Positions 1 through 9,484 of a DNA stretch of 64,000 nucleotides are shown here, one piece after another. The DNA comes from Candidatus Poribacteria bacterium. Its GTDB lineage: Bacteria; Poribacteria; WGA-4E; WGA-3G. Under the pieces are notes generated by a model, which saw nothing but the letters and a program-made list of their open reading frames with translations, did no database searches and had not been told where the DNA came from. A program made the position numbers and the translations under genes. The stretch lies in the NCBI GenBank assembly GCA_022824265.1, contig JAJEAG010000051.1, positions 12,818 through 76,817 on the forward strand. Direction: 5' to 3'. Within the stretch, counting starts at the first letter, position 1; the number at the start of each line of letters is the position of its first letter.

Positions 1-1081
1 TCCAATGTTGCTGTTCACTATAAGGGAGGTCACGCCCAAGATCACCTAACCACATACAAACTATGTCTTCGTGATGATTATCAATATAGGTACCCCATAA
101 ACTGCCGCACCGTAAATAGGAATCCTCTACACTGTATTTTCTTGGTTCTTGGTAGTATTTGTCTAAGACTTTCTTACTGAAATGAATAGGAGTTAGATAA
201 CTCGGGGTATCATTATCCACACAGCGAATATTCTCTGGATCGGCAGGGGTTCTCAGTTCATCTGGATTAGAAGTGTAAGTGATTTCATCTCCGTTTTCAT
301 CAATATCAATAATGAATTCTTCATATTTTTCTTCAGTTTCCTCAGCGAAGGGCCAGAAACCACTTTTTGATTTTGGCAAGGGTTCAACCAACCGTTTTCC
401 AACCAAATAACTAAAAGTCTGACAGTTATCTAAGCCATCATGGTCACCGTAACGGTGCAGCCAACACACAAGTCCGTCTTGTTTGTTTTCGTCACCAGCT
501 TGCAAGTCCAGTTCTTCCAATGAATATATTGAATTTTCATGAAAAACGAATTGAATCGCAAGATGCATCTCTTTGATTGCCAAAAATTGCCGAATCTGTT
601 TAAGCCGAATCTGGATGTGATCTAGTTTGACAATTGCTACAACTTCTTCATTTCCAACATCATCTATCTTGAGGTATTGATCCATTTTTTTGTCGTGATA
701 GAGTTCGTGGAATAGACGGAATTCTTCAGATATTTCACTATATTCTTCCCGCAATCTATAAAAGTATCTATTGATAATCAAGGGTTCAATGCCATTATCA
801 ACACCATAGCGCAAGTATTCGTGCTGCAACTTACCTTGTTTGTGGTAGGTTATACCACCGGGCATGCCACGATATAATCTTAGATCCCAATCTGAGTTTG
901 CAAGTGCTTCTTGAATCTTATCTGACGGTATTAGAGCACAATAGATGTAACGTTTACTATGATTTTCTTTGTCGTCAGACACCTGATAGACAGTAATCAT
1001 CTCGTTTAACTTATAATCGTGCTGCAGTCCTTTTAATGTATGCATTTGTGAAAGTCGTTGCTTATCTTTTTCAATACTCAT
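1..1081 (-). CDS. Hypothetical protein, partial: N-terminus inside the window, C-terminus beyond the left edge. No family recognised.
   Basis: Reverse-strand reading from the ATG at 1079-1081 (MSIEKDKQRLSQMHTLKGL...) gave no stop down to position 1 when translated by hand. The ORF track lists no ORF on either strand across 1..1182, which fits a long ORF running off the edge. Confidence 0.5.
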   Translation of the reverse strand, partial: MSIEKDKQRLSQMHTLKGLQHDYKLNEMITVYQVSDDKENHSKRYIYCALIPSDKIQEALANSDWDLRLYRGMPGGITYHKQGKLQHEYLRYGVDNGIEPLIINRYFYRLREEYSEISEEFRLFHELYHDKKMDQYLKIDDVGNEEVVAIVKLDHIQIRLKQIRQFLAIKEMHLAIQFVFHENSIYSLEELDLQAGDENKQDGLVCWLHRYGDHDGLDNCQTFSYLVGKRLVEPLPKSKSGFWPFAEETEEKYEEFIIDIDENGDEITYTSNPDELRTPADPENIRCVDNDTPSYLTPIHFSKKVLDKYYQEPRKYSVEDSYLRCGSLWGTYIDNHHEDIVCMWLGDLGRDLPYSEQQHW

Positions 1082-1154
1082 AGTGCCCTCCTGTCTACCA
1101 TCGGAATAAATATACAGATTGATTATAACACATTTTTCCCTTGCAATCCAACCC

Positions 1155-1182
1155 AATATCCTCTAAACTAACACGTCAAATC
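1155..1182 (+). promoter_or_regulatory. Conserved upstream motif AATATCCTCTAAACTAACACGTCAAAT, copy 1, about 25 nt before the start codon
   Basis: A near-identical 27-nt motif recurs upstream of the tandem paralog at 2361..2387. Confidence 0.3.
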
Positions 1183-1207
1183 TTATGAAATAGAGAAAGG
1201 AATCAAT

Positions 1208-2293
1208 ATGCTAATACGCGTGGGTATTGTGGGTACAGGTGGTATATCGCGGGCACACCACAGAACATACAACAAAGTAGATGGTTTTGAGATCGTTGCT
1301 GTATGCGACATCATACGTGAAAAGGCAATAGAAGCCGCAGAAAACTGGAGTGTGCCGAAAAAGAATGTATTCACAAGCTACAACAAAATGCTCGAAATGG
1401 ATGAGATTGACACGGTGAGCGTCTGCACATATAACCAAGCACATCGCAGACCTACTGTCGCGGCGTTGAACGCGGGTAAGCACGTCTTCTGTGAAAAACC
1501 GATGGCAGCAACACTCGCGGATGCAACCGCTATGGTGCGTGCAGCAAAAGCGTCTGGTAAAATACTACAGATTGGCGTTAAAAGTGCATTTACACCACAA
1601 CTTCAATTTGCCAAGAAAGTTATTGATGAAGGTTTCCTCGGAGATATTTACTATTCAGAGTCAGCGAGATGTCGTAGGCGTGGGAATCCGGGACGAACAT
1701 TTATCTACAAAAGGACCGCAGGTGCTGGGGCAATCGTTGACATCGGTATCTATAACCTGCACAACTCGCTTTATGCTATGGGATATCCGAAACCGGTGCG
1801 TGTCTCTGCTATCACCGAAGACTATATCTCAATGCAAGATCCAAGGTTCAAAGATAAAATGGATGTAGAAGAATTTGGCGCAGCGTGGATTCGGTTTGAA
1901 AACGGAGGCGTAATGGTATTCAAGATTTCGTGGGCTGTTCACGCCAACTCACTCGGTGGTCTCTTCTGCCTCGGTAAGGATGCTGGAATATCTATAGACG
2001 GACCGGTTATCTTTGCGGATTCATATAGCAAAGATCTGCAGAAACTTGTTGAATCGGAAGGATTAACTGCCAAAGCGGATCCACCAGAGGGTATGACAAC
2101 AATCAGCGTCTCAGGTTTTCCGCAGGTAGATGTATGGGAAGCACAGATGACAGCATTCCGTGATGCGGTCAATACCGATGGTGTGTCCCCACTTCCACCA
2201 GAAGGCGTTTTGCTTACCAATGTCATCATGGACGGTATTTTTCGCTCACACGAAAGCAGGAAAGAGGTAGCAGTCAAAGTTCCAGAAATATAG
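1208..2293 (+). CDS. Gfo/Idh/MocA family NAD(P)-dependent oxidoreductase
   Basis: N-terminal Rossmann motif VGIVGTGGISRAHH and the EKP motif (CEKPMA); about 360 aa, typical for the family. Confidence 0.85.
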   Translation: MLIRVGIVGTGGISRAHHRTYNKVDGFEIVAVCDIIREKAIEAAENWSVPKKNVFTSYNKMLEMDEIDTVSVCTYNQAHRRPTVAALNAGKHVFCEKPMAATLADATAMVRAAKASGKILQIGVKSAFTPQLQFAKKVIDEGFLGDIYYSESARCRRRGNPGRTFIYKRTAGAGAIVDIGIYNLHNSLYAMGYPKPVRVSAITEDYISMQDPRFKDKMDVEEFGAAWIRFENGGVMVFKISWAVHANSLGGLFCLGKDAGISIDGPVIFADSYSKDLQKLVESEGLTAKADPPEGMTTISVSGFPQVDVWEAQMTAFRDAVNTDGVSPLPPEGVLLTNVIMDGIFRSHESRKEVAVKVPEI

Positions 2294-2360
2294 CATTAAT
2301 GTCGTGGCGTTACATCACTATACGATACTATACGATCAAATATTGCTTGCATTTCAATAT

Positions 2361-2387
2361 AATATCATCTAAACTAACACATCAAAT
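2361..2387 (+). promoter_or_regulatory. Conserved upstream motif AATATCATCTAAACTAACACATCAAAT, copy 2
   Basis: Matches 1155..1182 at about 25 of 27 positions, about 30 nt before the ATG at 2418. An AAGGAG ribosome-binding site follows. Confidence 0.3.
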
Positions 2388-2417
2388 TAATAGTATTTCT
2401 CATAAGGAGATAACAGT

Positions 2418-3506
2418 ATGGCTGTTAAAGTAGGTATTATTGGTACAGGTGGCATTTCCCGTGCACATAGGGGTACCTATGAGAAAGTAGGCGGATTTGA
2501 GATCATTGCAGTGTGCGACATCATAAAAAGTAAGGCAAACCAAGCCGCTGAAGAGTGGGGAGTTCCAAAAAAGAACGCTTTCTCAAGTTACAACAAGATG
2601 CTTGAAATGGATGAACTTGATGCTGTGAGTGTCACTACTTACAATCAAGGACATCGTCGACCAACCGTTGCTGCATTGAAAGCGGGTAAACACGTACTCT
2701 GTGAGAAACCGATGGCTGCGACACTTCCTGATGCGACCGCAATGGTACGGGCAGCTAAGGAAACAGGCAAAATCCTACAAATTGGTCTTAATCCGACGTT
2801 TGATCCGAGACTCCAATTTGCGAGGAAGGTATATGACGAAGGATTACTCGGTGATATCTATTACTCTGAATCGGCAGGGTGCAGACGCCGCGGGAATCCC
2901 GGACATACCTTCATTTACAAAAAGACTGCGGGTGCGGGTGCCACCGTTGATATCGGTGTCTACAATATGCATAGGTCGCTATTTGCAATGGGGTATCCGA
3001 AACCTGTGCGGGTCTCTGCTATCACTGAAGACTACATATCAATGCAGGATCCGAGGTTCCAAGGAAAAATGGATGTTGAAGAGTTCGGTGTGGCATGGAT
3101 CCGATTTGAAAATGGTGGTGTCATGGTGTTTAAAATCTCTTGGGCAGTGCACGCCAACTCACTCGGTGGGAACTTTCATCTTGGTACAAAAGCAGGGATT
3201 TCTTTGGATGGACCAGTTATTTACGCTGATGCATACGAAGGTGATCTCAAGAAACTCGTCGAATCGGAGGGATTAACAGCAGAACCGGACCCACCGGAAG
3301 GCATGACGACTATTCAGTTCTCAGGATTCCCGGCGTCTGATAACTGGGCGGCACAGATGATCGCATTTCGTGAAGCGATCAAAGCAGACGCGCCATCACC
3401 AATTTCACCAGAGGGTGTTCTCCTCACAAATGTAATTATGGATGGTATTTTCCGTTCGCATGCAGCGGGTAAAGAGGTTGCAGTCAAGGTTCCAGAATTC
3501 GATTAG
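2418..3506 (+). CDS. Gfo/Idh/MocA family oxidoreductase, tandem paralog of 1208..2293
   Basis: VGIIGTGGISRAH and CEKPMA motifs; collinear with the upstream gene over its full length with high amino-acid identity. Confidence 0.85.
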   Translation: MAVKVGIIGTGGISRAHRGTYEKVGGFEIIAVCDIIKSKANQAAEEWGVPKKNAFSSYNKMLEMDELDAVSVTTYNQGHRRPTVAALKAGKHVLCEKPMAATLPDATAMVRAAKETGKILQIGLNPTFDPRLQFARKVYDEGLLGDIYYSESAGCRRRGNPGHTFIYKKTAGAGATVDIGVYNMHRSLFAMGYPKPVRVSAITEDYISMQDPRFQGKMDVEEFGVAWIRFENGGVMVFKISWAVHANSLGGNFHLGTKAGISLDGPVIYADAYEGDLKKLVESEGLTAEPDPPEGMTTIQFSGFPASDNWAAQMIAFREAIKADAPSPISPEGVLLTNVIMDGIFRSHAAGKEVAVKVPEFD

Positions 3507-3532
3507 TTATAGATTGTTTATAAGTAAATGTT

Positions 3533-3554
3533 GGTGAGGCATCCGTACCTCGCC
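3533..3554. terminator. Possible bidirectional stem-loop between convergent genes
   Basis: GGTGAGGcatccgtaCCTCGCC forms a 7-bp stem with one G-U pair. No clear T-run follows. Confidence 0.25.
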
Positions 3555-3557
3555 AAC

Positions 3558-4601
3558 TCAATAACAGTGGACAACAAATATCCTTCCCCGTTTTCCACCT
3601 ACATTGATTCCCACCTGCTGTCTCGTTTTCATTGTTTTCTGCTGTTTGAGTACCTTGTTTAAATGGGACGGCTGCATGGAAAGCAGGACGATTCTTCCAC
3701 CGGGCTTTGTAACTCTTTCAAATTCAGTGAGGACCTTTCTGTATAGTTGTGGTAGGTTAGACTTGTTTTCGTCTATAGGGAGGTTGCATGCGATTTTGTC
3801 TACAGAATTGGTTTGTATAGGTAAAGATTGTGCGTCCCAGTGAAAAAACTGACGTGGTTGGTGCTGCCTTCCGAAATTCTTCTTGGTTGCATCTACTGCT
3901 ATTTTAGATATGTCTCCACCGATAAGGTAGCGATAACGACCGGAAAAGGCACGTTCCAGCAGAATAGTTCCCGCACCACACATTGGATCTAAAAAAATGT
4001 CGTTGGGTTGCGGTTGTGATAGTCTCACCATACTGGACGCTATCGTTGGTTTAAGCGTATGAGGAACACTTGTTTGCTTGTAAGTACGTTGAGCCATGTC
4101 AGGTTTGGAAAGCCGAATGCTGATATATGCATCCTCACCATGCATCTCTGCCCACACATCTATTCCCGAACCTGACCGTGTCAATTGCCAACCGCGGTCA
4201 ATCAAACTTCTTTCAATGATCTGTTGAAAATCCCGTTTTTGAAAATTGCGGAAACCCGACATCCTTGTCATCACACGAAACTGAATTCGTTTCCGCATTT
4301 TGATACCTACTTGCCGACAACCTGCTAACATTTCCTTGAAGTTAAACCGACTGAGTGAATTCTTTATAGTAGTTAAAGAACTACGTGAACGCGTCATATT
4401 TGGAAAATGTTTTATCACAAGGAATATTTGTTCCGCTGTGCGTAGTGCTAATAAATCTTTCGGACTACCAGAATATTGGAAAACAATCCGTTGCGGTTTT
4501 CGCAGTATAATCTTGAATTGTTTAGTATCACCGAAACGAGAATTGATTTCTTGACGTGCAATGTTCTCCAATCCCGCAGTGACAGATATTGAATATATCA
4601 T
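3558..4601 (-). CDS. THUMP-domain class I SAM-dependent RNA methyltransferase (RlmL/Trm11-like N2-G or N6-A methyltransferase)
   Basis: SAM-binding motif I DPMCGAGTILLE, a downstream CNLPID motif-IV-like segment, and an N-terminal region typical of THUMP/UPF0020 proteins. Confidence 0.65.
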   Translation of the reverse strand: MIYSISVTAGLENIARQEINSRFGDTKQFKIILRKPQRIVFQYSGSPKDLLALRTAEQIFLVIKHFPNMTRSRSSLTTIKNSLSRFNFKEMLAGCRQVGIKMRKRIQFRVMTRMSGFRNFQKRDFQQIIERSLIDRGWQLTRSGSGIDVWAEMHGEDAYISIRLSKPDMAQRTYKQTSVPHTLKPTIASSMVRLSQPQPNDIFLDPMCGAGTILLERAFSGRYRYLIGGDISKIAVDATKKNFGRQHQPRQFFHWDAQSLPIQTNSVDKIACNLPIDENKSNLPQLYRKVLTEFERVTKPGGRIVLLSMQPSHLNKVLKQQKTMKTRQQVGINVGGKRGRIFVVHCY

Positions 4602-4611
4602 TTTTATCCTT

Positions 4612-6867
4612 TTAGGGTTGTTGCCAATTTAGGTGTCGATGCAGAAATTGGAATGTTTTATCTGAATTGATTTGATGTCCACCATCAAAGAATTCAATCT
4701 CAGTTTTATCTGCTATCCCCAGACGGACATAAAGACGACGAACTCTCGCGAATTCGTGTGCAACCCATTCATCTGGTGCCACTCCGTCATCATGACCGCG
4801 TTCAACCATGAATGGTCGCGGTGCGATTAACCCTGCCATTTCGGCATAGTTGAAAGTGTTTCCTAAATCAAACTCAGGCATCTCATATTCCCCTGTGAAC
4901 ATATAACTATACTGTGAATCAAAAGTTGCATTTTTCACAATCCACTCGTTGAAATCTGCTGAACAGATGGAACATGCGTATTGTTCAAGGACTGCTGGCA
5001 CTCTCATCGCTGTTTTTCCGCCATAAGATAATCCATAAAAGCCGAGACGATCTTCATCAACGAAAGGTAGTTCTGCTAACCAGTCAAGTGTGCGTTCATG
5101 CTGCCGGATAATCAACGAAAAGAGCGACCATTTTATAGGATTTGCTTTCCTTTGGATGACGCGAAAAGCATCTTGACCAATATACGGGTTCTGTGGTGCG
5201 TAGGTGATAAAACCCCTATCTGCCAACTGTGCAGCGTAGGAGTGATAAACAGAATTTATGTTAGGATCAGCAGTATCCTGCGGTCTACCCTCTAATCCAT
5301 GTTGACATACAACAACTGGTCGTTTCTCATCCGGTTCAATGTCATTTGGGAGTAGCAAAATCCCATAAGCAAAAACATCCTTCCACACATCAAGCGTGAC
5401 TTCATAGCCAGTCCATTTAGGTTCGTCATATATAAGACGGGTTTTCGGATTGGCAGGAACATCAGGTGCGGGACACCGACCTATTACCTCATCCCAAAAA
5501 TAGGATTTGGCATTTTCACATGTCTCTTCCCATTTCGCAAGCGAAGAGGTATCTGTCTTGTTCCAGAAGAACTCCTGCCTTCGCGTTTCCGCTTCCCTTA
5601 AAAACCGTTGTGTCAGATTGACGAGTTGCATAAACTGCCGCTGTTGACGTGCATCGTGGTCGTCCGTTTCAGTAGTTTGTATGGAAAGTGGCTGGTTATT
5701 ACCATTACGCGGATTATCAATACCGAGACTCGTCAGAAAGGTTGTTACTGTTTCTTCAGAACCGGGTAAACGATTTTCAGGGGTAATTAGATGGATATTA
5801 TCTTCGTAACCAAGTTCTTGGAATACAGAGCATGCCTGATTATATTCACTTTCTGCTGATTTAACGGGCGGTGAGACAAGTTGTCCAGGGGCAGCACCAC
5901 CTCGACCATCACGGGCATTGGGAGGTCCCATTACCTCAGGACCTCGACTTGTTTCAATGATTAACGGACGCGGGGCAATGAGACTCGCAATTTCTGCATC
6001 ACCGAATTCGTGAAGCAATCCCCATACATTACGATAAATTGGTTCACGCCATACCTCTTCACGCGCTTGAAAATATCCGCTGACCACCGTAGCCTGAATT
6101 CGTGTGTCTACAGCAGCACTGTAAAGGGCAATCAAACCCCCTTCACCATAGCCTATAACACCGATGGGTTTATTATCAGATGTCATCCAATCTACGAGTG
6201 ATAAGACCTTCTGAACCTCATACCCGATGATATGTCTTCCCAATTGATATGCCATACGGTAGATAAATTCACGATGTGGTTGATTGGTAAATCTTCCGAT
6301 TTTCGAGTTGCCAGAATATGTGTCGTCACGATTTATGGGTAGCGGCACGACAACACGCATTCCTGCCGCTGCTAAAGTGCGCGCAAACTGCGCGGAAGGT
6401 GGAAGTTCATCTGTCACACCAGCAATCATTTCTGGTGTCCAATCTGCATCTGGAAAAGCGACAACTTGTGCGACAATTTGTGATGTGTCATCAGGTTCTA
6501 ATAGCAGCCCTTCACCTTCTACCTCATCAAAAACCTGCCACCGAACACGCGATACTGTAAAATTCTGACCTGTTGCAATTTGTGCAGCGGATTTTGTTGT
6601 TCCATGATAGGAAAGTACGTCTATCGGTAGACGTTCATCGTAACACCCAATCTGCTTTATGAAACGTTGTCTGTTCGGTTCAACAGATTCGGTATATGCC
6701 ATATTTGAACTATAATCCCGATTCCACAATGTTTTGCGTTTTTCTGCTGCGATCTTTATGGCACGAGATACATAGTTATCAAGGTCTTCAACCATTTGTG
6801 CAGCGAGGTCACCTTCAAAGGTTAGGTTGTCGGTGCCCGTTAATACTTGATCGGGTTTTTTGGACAT
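4612..6867 (-). CDS. Two-domain alpha/beta-hydrolase protein (dienelactone hydrolase / acetyl-xylan-esterase-like), cytoplasmic
   Basis: Two GxSxG-type nucleophile elbows (VIGYGEGG and FYGLSYGG), each in a hydrolase-like segment. No signal peptide. Confidence 0.55.
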   Translation of the reverse strand: MSKKPDQVLTGTDNLTFEGDLAAQMVEDLDNYVSRAIKIAAEKRKTLWNRDYSSNMAYTESVEPNRQRFIKQIGCYDERLPIDVLSYHGTTKSAAQIATGQNFTVSRVRWQVFDEVEGEGLLLEPDDTSQIVAQVVAFPDADWTPEMIAGVTDELPPSAQFARTLAAAGMRVVVPLPINRDDTYSGNSKIGRFTNQPHREFIYRMAYQLGRHIIGYEVQKVLSLVDWMTSDNKPIGVIGYGEGGLIALYSAAVDTRIQATVVSGYFQAREEVWREPIYRNVWGLLHEFGDAEIASLIAPRPLIIETSRGPEVMGPPNARDGRGGAAPGQLVSPPVKSAESEYNQACSVFQELGYEDNIHLITPENRLPGSEETVTTFLTSLGIDNPRNGNNQPLSIQTTETDDHDARQQRQFMQLVNLTQRFLREAETRRQEFFWNKTDTSSLAKWEETCENAKSYFWDEVIGRCPAPDVPANPKTRLIYDEPKWTGYEVTLDVWKDVFAYGILLLPNDIEPDEKRPVVVCQHGLEGRPQDTADPNINSVYHSYAAQLADRGFITYAPQNPYIGQDAFRVIQRKANPIKWSLFSLIIRQHERTLDWLAELPFVDEDRLGFYGLSYGGKTAMRVPAVLEQYACSICSADFNEWIVKNATFDSQYSYMFTGEYEMPEFDLGNTFNYAEMAGLIAPRPFMVERGHDDGVAPDEWVAHEFARVRRLYVRLGIADKTEIEFFDGGHQINSDKTFQFLHRHLNWQQP

Positions 6868-6922
6868 AATTTTTCGTTGCTCCTGTGCAACCTTGCTCAG
6901 ACAAGAATGTGCTTCTACAAGG

Positions 6923-8110
6923 TTATATTATTCCTTTTTCTTTCAACTGTTTTACTTCATCAGGTGAAATGTCCAACAATTTTGTCAATACTTCATACGT
7001 ATGTTCTCCAAGACTTGGTGCGGGAGCATCCACATTTCCAGGAGAATCAGAGAGTTTAATCGGTAATCCGGGCACTTCAACCGCACCTGTTATTTCGTGC
7101 ATCACTTTAGTAATCATATCCCGTGCTTGAACCTGTGGGTGATTCACTACCTTATCAATTGTGTTAATCGGACCACACGGTACTCCAATCTTTTCAAGGG
7201 ATTCTATCCATTTTTCCGTTTTTCGTTGACGCATGATCTCTGAGAGTATAGGAAACAAATCGCTGTGATTTTCAGTTCGGTCTGCGTTAGTTTTGAACCG
7301 TTGATCGTAGATAAGATGTTTATGGTTTACGTGTTCACAAAATTTTGCCCACAATGTATCGTTACCAATCGCAATAATAATGTGTCCATCCGCGGATTCA
7401 TATATTTCAAAAGGTGTGATTGCTGGATGCCGACTCCCAAGGGGTTGTGGGATTTTATCTGTTGCAAAATAACGGACAATTGCATTCTCCAATACTGCCA
7501 CAAGACTATCCAACATTGCTACATCCACTAACTGTCCTTTTCCTGTATTGTTTCGGTGGTGTAGTGCCGACATGATACCTATAGTGGTGAAGAGTGCTGC
7601 TGTAATATCGCTAATAGATGTGCCGACACGTACAGGAGATGCATCAGGTTCACCTGTAATACTGATAATACCACCCATGCCTTGAATTATCATGTCGTAA
7701 GCACCTTTCGTAGCATAGGGACCTGTCTGTCCAAAACCAGAACAGGAGGCATAAATCAGAGATGGACATTCAACTTTTAATGTCTCGTAATCCAAGCCAA
7801 GTTTTTCCATCGTTCCTGGTCGAAAATTTTCTACCAATATGTCGCTCTGTTTGACAAGTTGTTTGAATATCTGGATACCACGTTCAGTTTTTAGATTAAG
7901 TGTCACGCTCTGTTTGCCACGATTCACGCTCATAAAGTAGAGACTAAATCCGTTCTTGAACGGACCAAATCGTCTGGATTCATCCCCGGATTCAGGTTGT
8001 TCAATTTTGATGACTTCTGCACCGAGGTCACTTAGTATCATCGTTGCATAAGGTCCTGCCAGTACTCTTGTTAAATCCAATACCTTTATTCCTGTCAATG
8101 GTCCTGGCAT
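6923..8110 (-). CDS. CoA transferase family III (CaiB/BaiF family)
   Basis: N-terminal signature PGPLTGIKVLDLTRVLAGPYATMILSDLGAEVIKIE. Confidence 0.85.
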   Translation of the reverse strand: MPGPLTGIKVLDLTRVLAGPYATMILSDLGAEVIKIEQPESGDESRRFGPFKNGFSLYFMSVNRGKQSVTLNLKTERGIQIFKQLVKQSDILVENFRPGTMEKLGLDYETLKVECPSLIYASCSGFGQTGPYATKGAYDMIIQGMGGIISITGEPDASPVRVGTSISDITAALFTTIGIMSALHHRNNTGKGQLVDVAMLDSLVAVLENAIVRYFATDKIPQPLGSRHPAITPFEIYESADGHIIIAIGNDTLWAKFCEHVNHKHLIYDQRFKTNADRTENHSDLFPILSEIMRQRKTEKWIESLEKIGVPCGPINTIDKVVNHPQVQARDMITKVMHEITGAVEVPGLPIKLSDSPGNVDAPAPSLGEHTYEVLTKLLDISPDEVKQLKEKGII

Positions 8111-8249
8111 GTTATTTCCTTGTATTCAAAAAAGTTGTTTTTCTAATACACACGTGCTAAAATGGTCTAATGTCCTATATTACCAATAAATAGTGTCAAT
8201 GTCCATAGATTTTAATTCTTGAAAGCGTAGTATTGGAAGGAGAATATAC

Positions 8250-9326
8250 ATGGATAAACTAAAAATCGCACATATCGGGACAGGTAACCGTGGAACCAAT
8301 ACATATCTACCACTTATCAGTAAATTGTCGGAGGATATGGAACTTGTTGCTGTATGTGATGTACACGAAGGAAGGGTTGCAGAGCAGGGAGAAAAGTATA
8401 GTGTCCCCGCTTTTACGGACACCGCTGAGATGTTAGAAAAGGCAAAACCGGATATATGTTCTATTGTCATTACACCCAGTAATAACCACATCCCAGGCAA
8501 CATTTGTTCTGAACATGGCGTTAGTTATTGCACGGAAACACCTATAAATACTGATCTTAGTCGCGCTGATACGATGATTGAGATAGCCAAAGAACACGGC
8601 ACAAAATTGGAAGTGAATGAGAACTATTACCGCCGTCCGTCTGAACGGATAAAACGCCAGATGATTCTTGAGGGGATATTCGGAAAGGTTAATGTTGCTC
8701 ACAATGATTTTCGTGGACACGGATATCACGGTATTGGTTTAATCCGAAGTTACGTTGGTTTTGATAATGAACCTGTCAAGATTTATGGGTTCAGTAATAG
8801 GTTTAAGGTTCAGGAACATGAGTGGAGAAAGGGACAACCGAGACGTAAGAATGAAGATTGGCAGCATGCAGTTATTGAGTTTGCTGATGGTGCAGTCGGG
8901 ATTTTCAACTTCTCCAGTCTGTCTTACGGATCACCGTTGCGCGGATTTAATGGAACGAAATTCTATGCGGAACGTGGTATGTGTTTCAGAGACGATGCGG
9001 TTATTCTAAATGATAACGCAGATGAACAACGTCCAGTGACGATTACACGCAAGACGAACAATGTAGATGGATATGAAACGCTTGCTGCACTTATTGCTGA
9101 TACTAACCCGCAAGTAGTTTGGGAAAATCCGTTGCACTATTATCCACTTAGTGATGGTGAAATCACCGTTGCATCTGAATTAATGAGTCTTGTAAATGCT
9201 GTGCGTAACGATACAGAACCAGAATACGGTGCATACAACGGACGAAAAGACCGAGAAATTGATGTTGCAATGGGACGTTCAATTAAAAATAACGGTGCCG
9301 CTGTTGACTTTCCATTGGAATACTAA
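8250..9326 (+). CDS. Gfo/Idh/MocA family oxidoreductase
   Basis: Rossmann motif IAHIGTGNRGTNTY and the family's length; GGAAGGAG ribosome-binding site. Confidence 0.8.
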   Translation: MDKLKIAHIGTGNRGTNTYLPLISKLSEDMELVAVCDVHEGRVAEQGEKYSVPAFTDTAEMLEKAKPDICSIVITPSNNHIPGNICSEHGVSYCTETPINTDLSRADTMIEIAKEHGTKLEVNENYYRRPSERIKRQMILEGIFGKVNVAHNDFRGHGYHGIGLIRSYVGFDNEPVKIYGFSNRFKVQEHEWRKGQPRRKNEDWQHAVIEFADGAVGIFNFSSLSYGSPLRGFNGTKFYAERGMCFRDDAVILNDNADEQRPVTITRKTNNVDGYETLAALIADTNPQVVWENPLHYYPLSDGEITVASELMSLVNAVRNDTEPEYGAYNGRKDREIDVAMGRSIKNNGAAVDFPLEY

Positions 9327-9339
9327 TCAATGGTTATAC

Positions 9340-9375
9340 CGTAGGTCGGTGTGAGCATAGCGACCTACCGATTTT
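9340..9375 (+). terminator. Rho-independent terminator candidate after the Gfo/Idh gene
   Basis: CGTAGGTCGgtgtgagcataCGACCTACCG stem-loop followed by ATTTTTCAG. Confidence 0.55.
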
Positions 9376-9484
9376 TCAGATGCTAATCAAAGTCAATATA
9401 ATGTCTTTCAGTATAGTTGTTCATAACAATTTCCTTGTTATCGGCAGAACGTTAGTGTATACTAAAAGTCATGTATAAACAATA

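Noticed and set aside
2701-3276. 191-aa alternative-frame ORF inside the second Gfo/Idh gene, and similar internal ORFs (1491..1868, 27598..27984, 29487..29762)
   Set aside because: They overlap genes with clear family motifs in another frame and have no motifs or ribosome-binding sites of their own.
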